From Eledone cirrhosa (lineage: Eukaryota): DNA of 64,000 nt. This document shows positions 54,548 to 64,000 of the stretch, piece after piece. The DNA lies in contig CAXHJY010000054.1 in the NCBI GenBank assembly GCA_964016885.1, forward strand, positions 1 to 64,000, in the 5' to 3' direction. The position numbers and the translations under genes were made by a program. How positions within the stretch are numbered: position 1 is the first letter of the stretch; every line of letters starts with the position of its first letter. Below the pieces are notes generated by a model. The model searched no databases, was not told the DNA's origin, and was given only the letters and a program-made list of their open reading frames with translations.

Positions 54548-56339
54548 AGTAAGCTAAGCTATCCTAAGCTAAGCTAAGCTAAGCTATCCTAAGCTAATCT
54601 AAGCTAAGCTATCCTAAGCTAAGCCAAGCTAAGCTATCCGAAGCTAAGCTAAGCTAAGCTATCCTAAGCCAAGCTAAGCTAAGCTATCCTAAGCTGAGCT
54701 AAGCTAAGCTCTCCTAAGCTAAGCTAAGCTATCCTAAGCTAAGCTAAGCTAAGCTATCCTAAGCTAAGCTAAGCTATCCTAAGCTAAGCTAAGCTAAGCT
54801 ATCCTAAGCTAAGCTAAGCTAAGCTATCCTAAGCTAAGTTAAGCTAAGCTATCCTAAGCTAAGCTAAGCTAAGCTATCCTAAGCTAAGCTAAGCTAAGCT
54901 ATCCTAAGCTAAGCTATCCTAAGCTATCCTAAGCTAAGCTAAGCTATCCTAAGCTAAGCTAAGCTATCCTAAGCTATGCTAAGCTATCCTAAGCTAAGCT
55001 AAGCTAAGCTATCCTAAGCTATCCTAAGCTAAGCTATCCTAAGCTAAGCTATCCTAAGCTATCCTAAGCTAAGCTATCCTAAGCTATCCTAAGCTAAGCT
55101 ATCCTAAGCTAAGCTATCCTAAGCTAAGCTATCCTAAGCTAAGCTATCCTAAGCTAAGCTATCCTAAGCTATCCTAAGCTAAGCTATCCTAAGCTATCCT
55201 AAGCTAAGCTATCCTAAGCTAAGCTATCCTAAGCTAAGCTATCCTAAGCTAAGCTAAGCTAAGCTATCCTAAGCTAACCTAAGATATCCTAAGCTAAGCT
55301 AAGCTAAGCTATCCTAAGCTAAGCTAAGCTAAGCTATCCTAAGCTAAGCTAAGCTATCCTAAGCTAAGCTAAGCTAAGCTATCCTAAGCTAAGCTATCCT
55401 AAGCTATCCTAAGCTAAGCTCTCCTAAGCTAAGCTATCCTAAGCTATCCCAAGCTAAGCTATCCTAAGCTAAGCTAAGCTAAGCTATCCTAAGCTATGCT
55501 ATCCTAAGCTAAGCTATCCTAAGCTATCCTAAGCTAAGCTATCCTAAGCTATCCTAAGCTAAGCTATCCTAAGCTATCCTAAGCTAAGCTAAGCTAAGCT
55601 ATCCTAAGCTAAGCTAAGCTAAGCTATCCAAAGCTAAGCTAAGCTAAGCTATCCTAAGCTATCCTAAGCTAAGCTATCCTAAGCTAAGCTATCCTAAGCT
55701 ATCCTAAGCTAAGCTATCCTAAGCTATCCTAAGCTAAGCTATCCTAAGCTAAGCTATCCTAAGATAAGCTATCCTAAGCTATCCTAAGCTAAGCTATCCT
55801 AAGCTATCCTAAGCTAAGCTAAGCTAAGCTATCCTAAGCCAAGCTAAGCTAAGCTATCCTAAGCTAAGCTAAGCTATCCTAAGCTAAGCTAAGCTAAGCT
55901 ATCCTAAGCTAAGCTAAGCTAAGCTATCCTAAGCTATCCTAAGCTAAGCTATCCTAAGCTAAGCTATCCTAAGCTAAGCTATCCTAAGCTATCCCAAGCT
56001 AAGCTATCCTAAGCTAAGCTAAGCTATCCTAAGCTAAGCTATCCTAAGCTAAGCTATCCTAAGCTATCCTAAGCTAAGCTATCCTAAGCTATCCTAAGCT
56101 AAGCTAAGCTAAGCTATCCTAAGCCAAGCTAAGCTAAGCTCTCCTAAGCTAAGCTAAGCTATCCTAAGCTAAGCTAAGCTAAGCTATCCTAAGCTAAGCT
56201 AAGCTATCCTAAGCTAAGCTATCCTAAGCTAAGCTAAGCTATCCTAAGCTAAGCTAAGCTAAGCTATCCTAAGCTAAGCTAAGCTAAGCTATCCTAAGCT
56301 AAGCTAAGCTAAGCTATCCTAAGCTAAGCTAAGCTAAGC

Positions 56340-58520
56340 TATCCTAAGCTAAGCTAAGCTAAGCTATCCTAAGCTAAGCTATCCTAAGCTATCCTAAGCT
56401 AAGCTAAGCTATCCTAAGCTAAGCTAAGCTATCCTAAGCTATGCTAAGCTATCCTAAGCTAAGCTAAGCTAAGCTATCCTAAGCTATCCTAAGCTAAGCT
56501 ATCCTAAGCTAAGCTAAGCTAAGCTATCCTAAGCTAAGCTAAGCTATCCTAAGCTAAGCTAAGCTATCCTAAGCTAAGCTATCCTAAGCTATCCTAAGCT
56601 AAGCTATCCTAAGCTATCCTAAGCTAAGCTATCCTAAGCTAAGCTATCCTAAGCTAAGCTATCCTAAGCTAAGCTAAGCTAAGCTATCCTAAGCTAACCT
56701 AAGATATCCTAAGCTAAGCTAAGCTAAGCTATCCTAAGCTAAGCTAAGCTAAGCTACCTAAGCTAAGCTAAGCTAAGCTATCCTAAGCTAAGCTAAGCTA
56801 AGCTATCCTAAGCTAAGCTAAGCTATCCTAAGCTAAGCTAAGCTAAGCTATCCTAAGCTAAGCTATCCTAAGCTATCCTAAGCTATCCTAAGCTAAGCTA
56901 TCCTAAGCTAAGCTATCCTAAGCTAAGCTATCCTAAGCTATCCCAAGCTAAGCTATCCTAAGCTAAGCTAAGCTAAGCTATCCTAAGCTATGCTATCCTA
57001 AGCTAAGCTATCCTAAGCTATCCTAAGCTAAGCTATCCTAAGCTATCCTAAGCTAAGCTATCCTAAGCTATCCTAAGCTATCCTAAGCTAAGCTAAGCTA
57101 AGCTATCCAAAGCTAAGCTAAGCTAAGCTATCCTAAGCTATCCTAAGCTAAGCTATCCTAAGCTAAGCTATCCTAAGCTATCCTAAGCTAAGCTATCCTA
57201 AGCTATCCTAAGCTAAGCTATCCTAAGCTAAGCTATCCTAAGATAAGCTATCCTAAGCTATCCTAAGCTAAGCTATCCTAAGCTATCCTAAGCTAAGCTA
57301 AGCTAAGCTATCCTAAGCCAAGCTAAGCTAAGCTATCCTAAGCTAAGCTAAGCTATCCTAAGCTAAGCTATCCTAAGCTATCCTAAGCTAAGCTATCCTA
57401 AGCTAAGCTATCCTAAGCTATCCCAAGCTAAGCTATCCTAAGCTAAGCTAAGCTAAGCTATCCTAAGCTAAGCTATCCTAAGCTAAGCTATCCTAAGCTA
57501 TCCTAAGCTAAGCTATCCTAAGCTATCCTAAGCTAAGCTAAGCTAAGCTATCCTAAGCTAAGCTAAGCTAAGCTTTCCAAAGCTAAGCTAAGCTAAGCTA
57601 TCCAAAGCTAAGCTAAGCTAAGCTATCCAAAGCTAAGCTAAGCTAAGCTATCCAAAGCTAAGCTAAGCTAAGCTATCCTAAGCTATCCTAAGCTAAGCTA
57701 TCCTAAGCTAAGCTATCCTAAGCTATCCTAAGCTAAGCTATCCTAAGCTATCCTAAGCTAAGCTATCCTAAGATAAGCTATCCTAAGCTATCCTAAGCTA
57801 AGCTATCCTAAGCTATCCTAAGCTAAGCTAAGCTAAGCTATCCTAAGCCAAGCTAAGCTAAGCTATCCTAAGCTAAGCTAAGCTAAGCTATCCTAAGCTA
57901 AGCTAAGCTAAGCTAAGCTAAGCTAAGCTATCCTAAGCTAAGCTAAGCTAAGCTATCCTAAGCTAAGCTAAGCTAAGCTAAGCTATCCTAAGCTAAGCTA
58001 AGCTAAGCTATCCTAAGCTAAGCTAAGCTAAGCTATCCTAAGCTAAGCTAAGCTAAGCTATCCTAAGCTAAGCTATCCTAAGCTAAGCTAAGCTAAGCTA
58101 AGTTATCCTAAGCTAAGCTAAGCTAAGCTATCCTAAGCTAAGCTAAGCTAAGCTATCCTAAGCTAAGCTAAGTTAAGCTATCCTAAGCTAAGCTAAGCTA
58201 AGCTATCCTAAGCTAAGCTAAGCTAAGCTATCCTAAGCTAAGCTAAGCTAAGCTATCCTAAGCTAAGCTAAGCTATCCTAAGCTAAGCTAATCTAAGCTA
58301 TCCTAAGCTAAGCTAAGCTAAGCTATCCTAAGCTAAGCTAAGCTAAGCTATCCTAAGCTAAGCTATCCTAAGCTAACCTAAGCTAAGCTATCCTAAGCAA
58401 AGCTAAGCTAAGCTATCCTAAGCTAAGCTAAGCTAAGCTATCCTAAGCTAAGCTAAGCTATCCTAAGCTAAGCTAAGCTATCCTAAGCTAAGCTAAGCTA
58501 TCCTAAGCTAAGCTAAGCTA
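56340..58520 (+). repeat. Block E, copy 1 (copy 2 at about 61790-64000, offset about 5.45-5.42 kb)
   Basis: TATGC 56440/61888 and GATAT 56703/62151 (offset 5448); CTTTCCAAAG 57573/62996 (offset 5423). Confidence 0.88.
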
Positions 58521-61500
58521 AGCTATCCTAAGCTAAGCTAAGCTAAGCTATCATAAGCTAAGCTAAGCTAAGCTATCCTAACCTAAGCTAAGCTAAGCTA
58601 TCCTAAGCAAAGCTAAGCTAAGCTATCCTAAGCTAAGCTAAGCTATCCTAAGCTAAGCTAAGCTATCCTAAGCTAAGCTAAACTAAGCTATCCTAAGCTA
58701 AGCTAAGCTATCCTAAGCTATCCTAAGCTAAGCTATCCTAAGCTAAGCTATCCTAAGCTATCCTAAGCTAAGCTATCCTAAGCTAAGCTATCCTAAGCTA
58801 TCCTAAGCTAAGCTATCCTAAGCTATCCTAAGCTAAGCTATCCTAAGCTAAGCTATCCTAAGCTAAGCTAAGCTAAGCTATCCTAAGCTAAGCTAAGCTA
58901 AGCTATCCTAAGCTAAGCTAAGCTAAGCTATCCTAAGCTAAGCTATCCTAAGCTAAGCTATCCTAAGCTATCCTAAGCTAAGCTATCCTAAGCTATCCTA
59001 AGCTAAGCTATCCTAAGCTACCTAAGCTAAGCTATCCTAAGCTATCCTAAGCTAAGCTATCCTAAGCTATCCTAAGCTAAGCTAAGCTAAGCTATCCTAA
59101 GCTAAGCTAAGCTAAGCTATCCAAAGCTAAGCTAAGCTAAGCTATCCTAAGCTATCCTAAGCTAAGCTATCCTAAGCTAAGCTATCCTAAGCTATCCTAA
59201 GCTAAGCTATGCTAAGCTATCCTAAGCTAAGCTATCCTAAGATAAGCTATCCTAAGCTATCCTAAGCTAAGCTAAGCTAAGCTATCCTAAGCCAATCTAA
59301 GCTAAGCTATCCTAAGCTAAGCTAAGCTAAGCTATCCTAAGCTAAGCTAAGCTAAGCTATCCTAAGCTAAGCTAAGCTAAGCTAAGCTAAGCTATCCTAA
59401 GCTAAGCTAAGCTAAGCTATCCTAAGCTAAGCTAAGCTAAGCTAAGCTATCCTAAGCTAAGCTAAGCTAAGCTATCCTAAGCTAAGCTAAGCTAAGCTAT
59501 CCTAAGCTAAGCTAAGCTAAGCTATCCTAAGCTAAGCTAAGCTAAGCTAAGTTATCCTAAGCTAAGCTAAGCTAAGCTATCCTAAGCTAAGCTAAGCTAA
59601 GCTATCCTAAGCTAAGCTAAGCTAAGCTATCCTAAGCTAAGCTAAGCTAAGCTATCCTAAGCTAAGCTAAGCTAAGCTATCCTAAGCTAAGCTAAGCTAA
59701 GCTATCCTAAGCTAAGCTAAGCTAAGCTATCCTAAGCTAAGCTAAGCTAAGCTATCCTAAGCTAAGCTAAGCTATCCTAAGCTAAGCTAATCTAAGCTAT
59801 CCTAAGCTAAGCTAAGCTAAGCTATCCTAAGCTAAGCTAAGCTAAGCTATCCTAAGCTAAGCTAAGCTAAGCTATCCTAAGCTAACCTAAGCTAAGCTAT
59901 CCTAAGCTAAGCTAAGCTAAGCTATCCTAAGCAAAGCTAAGCTAAGCTATCCTAAGCTAAGCTAAGCTAAGCTATCCTAAGCTAAGCTAAGCTATCCTAA
60001 GCTAAGCTAAGCTATCCTAAGCTAAGCTAAGCTACCCTAAGCTAAGCTAAGCTAAGCTATCCTAAGCTAAGCTAAGCTAAGCTATCCTAAGCTAAGCTAA
60101 GCTAAGCTATCCTAAGCTAAGCTAAGCTAAGCTATCCTAAGCAAAGCTAAGCTAAGCTATCCTAAGCTAAGCTAAGCTATCCTAAGCTAAGCTAAGCTAT
60201 CCTAAGCTAAGCTAAACTAAGCTATCCTAAGCTAAGCTAAGCTATCCTAAGCTATCCTAAGCTAAGCTATCCTAAGCTAAGCTATCTTAAGCTATCCTAA
60301 GCTAAGCTATCCTAAGCTATCCTAAGCTAAGCTATCCTAAGCTAAGCTATCCTAAGCTAAGCTATCCTAAGCTATCCTAAGCTAAGCTATCCTAAGCTAA
60401 GCTATCCTAAGCTAAGCTAAGCTAAGCTATCCTAAGCTAAGCTAAGCTAAGCTATCCTAAGCTAAGCTAAGCTAAGCTATCCTAAGCTAAGCTATCCTAA
60501 GCTAAGCTATCCTAAGCTATCCTAAGCTAAGCTATCCTAAGCTATCCTAAGCTAAGCTATCCTAAGCTATCCTAAGCTAAGCTAAGCTAAGCTATCCTAA
60601 GCTAAGCTAAGCTAAGCTATCCTAAGCTAAGCTAAGCTAAGCTATCCTAAGCTAAGCTAAGCTAAGTTATCCTAAGCTAAGCTAAGCTAAGCTATCCTAA
60701 GCTAATCTAAGCTAAGCTATCCTAAGCTAAGCTAAGCTAAGCTAAGCTATCCTAAGCTAAGCTAAGCTAAGCTATCCTAAGCTAAGCTAAGCTAAGCTAT
60801 CCTAAGCTAAGCTAAGCTAAGCTATCCTAAGTTAAGCTAAGCTAAGCTATCCTAAGCTAAGCTAAGCTAAGCTATCCTAAGCTAAGCTAAGCTAAGCTAT
60901 CCTAAGCTAAGCTAAGCTAAGCTAACCTAAGCTAAGCTAAGCTAAGCTATCCTAAGCTAAGCTATCCTAAGCTAAGCTATCCTAAGCTAAGCTAAGCTAA
61001 GCTATCCTAAGCTAAGCTATCCTAAGCTATCCTAAGCTAAGCTATCCTAAGCTAAGCTATCCTAAGCTATCCTAAGCTAAGCTATCCTAAGCTAAGCTAT
61101 CCTAAGCTAAGCTAAGCTAAGCTATCCTAAGCTAAGCTAAGCTAAGCTATCCTAAGCTAAGCTAAGCTAAGCTATCCTAAGCTAAGCTAAGCTAAGCTAT
61201 CCTAAGCTAAGCTAAGCTAAGCTATCCTAAGCTATCCTAAGCTAAGCTATCCTAAGCTAAGCTATCCTAAGCTATCCTAAGCTAAGCTATCCTAAGCTAT
61301 CCTAAGCTAAGCTATCCTAAGCTATCCTAAGCTAAGCTATCCTAAGCTATCCTAAGCTAAGCTAAGCTAAGCTATCCTAAGCTAAGCTAAGCTAAGCTAT
61401 CCTAAGCTAAGCTAAGCTAAGCTATCCTAAGCTAATCTAAGCTAAGCTATCCTAAGCTATCCTAAGCTAAGCTATCCTAAGCTATCCTAAGCTAAGCTAA

Positions 61501-61789
61501 GCTAAGCTATCCTAAGCTAAGCTAAGCTAAGTTATCCTAAGCTAAGCTAAGCTAAGCTATCCTAAGCTAATCTAAGCTAAGCTATCCTAAGCTAAGCTAA
61601 GCTAAGCTAAGCTATCCTAAGCTAAGCTAAGCTAAGCTATCCTAAGCTAAGCTAAGCTAAGCTATCCTAAGCTAAGCTAAGCTAAGCTATCCTAAGTTAA
61701 GCTAAGCTAAGCTATCCTAAGCTAAGCTAAGCTAAGCTATCCTAAGCTAAGCTAAGCTAAGCTATCCTAAGCTAAGCTAAGCTAAGCTA

Positions 61790-64000
61790 TCCTAAGCTAA
61801 GCTAAGCTAAGCTATCCTAAGCTAAGCTATCCTAAGCTATCCTAAGCTAAGCTAAGCTATCCTAAGCTAAGCTAAGCTATCCTAAGCTATGCTAAGCTAT
61901 CCTAAGCTAAGCTAAGCTAAGCTATCCTAAGCTATCCTAAGCTAAGCTATCCTAAGCTAAGCTAAGCTAAGCTATCCTAAGCTAAGCTAAGCTATCCTAA
62001 GCTAAGCTAAGCTATCCTAAGCTAAGCTATCCTAAGCTATCCTAAGCTAAGCTATCCTAAGCTATCCTAAGCTAAGCTATCCTAAGCTAAGCTATCCTAA
62101 GCTAAGCTATCCTAAGCTAAGCTAAGCTAAGCTATCCTAAGCTAACCTAAGATATCCTAAGCTAAGCTAAGCTAAGCTATCCTAAGCTAAGCTAAGCTAA
62201 GCTACCTAAGCTAAGCTAAGCTAAGCTATCCTAAGCTAAGCTAAGCTAAGCTATCCTAAGCTAAGCTAAGCTATCCTAAGCTAAGCTAAGCTAAGCTATC
62301 CTAAGCTAAGCTATCCTAAGCTATCCTAAGCTATCCTAAGCTAAGCTATCCTAAGCTAAGCTATCCTAAGCTAAGCTATCCTAAGCTATCCCAAGCTAAG
62401 CTATCCTAAGCTAAGCTAAGCTAAGCTATCCTAAGCTATGCTATCCTAAGCTAAGCTATCCTAAGCTATCCTAAGCTAAGCTATCCTAAGCTATCCTAAG
62501 CTAAGCTATCCTAAGCTATCCTAAGCTATCCTAAGCTAAGCTAAGCTAAGCTATCCAAAGCTAAGCTAAGCTAAGCTATCCTAAGCTATCCTAAGCTAAG
62601 CTATCCTAAGCTAAGCTATCCTAAGCTATCCTAAGCTAAGCTATCCTAAGCTATCCTAAGCTAAGCTATCCTAAGCTAAGCTATCCTAAGATAAGCTATC
62701 CTAAGCTATCCTAAGCTAAGCTATCCTAAGCTATCCTAAGCTAAGCTAAGCTAAGCTATCCTAAGCCAAGCTAAGCTAAGCTATCCTAAGCTAAGCTAAG
62801 CTATCCTAAGCTAAGCTAAGCTAAGCTATCCTAAGCTAAGCTATCCTAAGCTAAGCTATCCTAAGCTATCCCAAGCTAAGCTATCCTAAGCTAAGCTAAG
62901 CTAAGCTATCCTAAGCTAAGCTATCCTAAGCTAAGCTATCCTAAGCTATCCTAAGCTAAGCTAAGCTAAGCTATCCTAAGCTAAGCTAAGCTAAGCTTTC
63001 CAAAGCTAAGCTAAGCTAAGCTATCCAAAGCTAAGCTAAGCTAAGCTATCCAAAGCTAAGCTAAGCTAAGCTATCCAAAGCTAAGCTAAGCTAAGCTATC
63101 CTAAGCTATCCTAAGCTAAGCTATCCTAAGCTAAGCTATCCTAAGCTATCCTAAGCTAAGCTATCCTAAGCTATCCTAAGCTAAGCTATCCTAAGATAAG
63201 CTATCCTAAGCTATCCTAAGCTAAGCTATCCTAAGCTATCCTAAGCTAAGCTAAGCTAAGCTATCCTAAGCCAAGCTAAGCTAAGCTATCCTAAGCTAAG
63301 CTAAGCTAAGCTATCCTAAGCTAAGCTAAGCTAAGCTAAGCTAAGCTAAGCTATCCTAAGCTAAGCTAAGCTAAGCTATCCTAAGCTAAGCTAAGCTAAG
63401 CTAAGCTATCCTAAGCTAAGCTAAGCTAAGCTATCCTAAGCTAAGCTAAGCTAAGCTATCCTAAGCTAAGCTAAGCTAAGCTATCCTAAGCTAAGCTATC
63501 CTAAGCTAAGCTAAGCTAAGCTAAGTTATCCTAAGCTAAGCTAAGCTAAGCTATCCTAAGCTAAGCTAAGCTAAGCTATCCTAAGCTAAGCTAAGTTAAG
63601 CTATCCTAAGCTAAGCTAAGCTAAGCTATCCTAAGCTAAGCTAAGCTAAGCTATCCTAAGCTAAGCTAAGCTAAGCTATCCTAAGCTAAGCTAAGCTATC
63701 CTAAGCTAAGCTAAGCTAAGCTATCCTAAGCTAAGCTAAGCTAAGCTATCCTAAGCTAAGCTAAGCTAAGCTATCCTAAGCTAAGCTATCCTAAGCTAAC
63801 CTAAGCTAAGCTATCCTAAGCTAACCTAAGCTAAGCTATCCTAAGCAAAGCTAAGCTAAGCTATCCTAAGCTAAGCTAAGCTAAGCTATCCTAAGCTAAG
63901 CTAAGCTATCCTAAGCTAAGCTAAGCTATCCTAAGCTAAGCTAAGCTATCCTAAGCTAAGCTAAGCTAAGCTATCCTAAGCTAAGCTAAGCTAAGCTATC
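61790..64000 (+). repeat. Block E, copy 2 (runs to the window end)
   Basis: Colinear with 56340-58520, including the four consecutive CCAAAG units. Confidence 0.88.

Larger units (their letters stand above)
1..64000. repeat. Compound pentanucleotide satellite array (TAAGC)n-TATCC; minus strand ATAGC-(TTAGC)n-TTAGG; extends beyond both window ends
   Basis: Every line parses into TAAGC and TATCC pentamers with sparse single-base variants and 22 one-base deletions. No other sequence is present and orientation never switches. Both pentamers are 40% GC. Confidence 0.99.

Noticed and set aside
1-64000. Protein-coding ORFs, including under TAA/TAG-reassigned genetic codes, where nearly all frames would be open (e.g. 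QAKLS repeats)
   Set aside because: In the standard code TAA (+) and TAG (-) recur every 5 bp and cycle through all frames. Openness under alternative codes is a trivial result of lacking TGA. Indels come in multiples of 5 or 1, not 3, so there is no sign of coding constraint.
1-64000. CRISPR array or other repeat-spacer system
   Set aside because: There are no unique spacers, leader or cas genes; the variable parts are only TAAGC copy number.
1-64000. Run-length pattern as a deliberate information code or synthetic DNA storage
   Set aside because: The pattern is explained by nested duplications with inherited point variants, typical of natural satellite evolution. No framing or adapter sequences are visible.
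1-64000. GATA-factor site array (GATA on the minus strand)
   Set aside because: The context is GGATAG, which does not fit the WGATAR consensus, and there is no linked gene.
1-64000. G-quadruplex or canonical (TTAGG)n telomere tract
   Set aside because: GG dinucleotides are isolated 10-55 bp apart and there are no tandem TTAGG runs, so it was not called as a canonical telomere.
1-64000. Pure sequencing or basecalling artefact
   Set aside because: Rare variants recur in identical order at constant multi-kb offsets, which random error would not produce. Copy number of the large blocks could still be mis-assembled.

Overview
The whole 64-kb window is one uninterrupted, single-orientation, non-coding simple-sequence satellite built from two pentamers, TAAGC and TATCC, in the pattern (TAAGC)n-TATCC. 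n is usually 1-4 and occasionally up to about 11. The minus strand reads ATAGC-(TTAGC)n-TTAGG. I see no genes, RNA genes, transposon insertions, CRISPR spacers or unique sequence, and both ends of the array lie outside the window. Rare variant pentamers act as barcodes and reveal a nested hierarchy: 5 bp, a 25-bp unit, local tandem duplications of 100-865 bp, a roughly 3.5-kb spacing marked by TCTCC-TAAGG, and near-identical multi-kb blocks repeated about 21, 30.6, 32.6 and 35.7 kb apart. A compositionally distinct domain starts at about 54.5 kb. This looks like eukaryotic centromeric, pericentromeric or (sub)telomeric heterochromatin. I do not recognise it as a named satellite family and cannot assign an organism. 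All offsets were read by eye from marker positions, and block boundaries are approximate.
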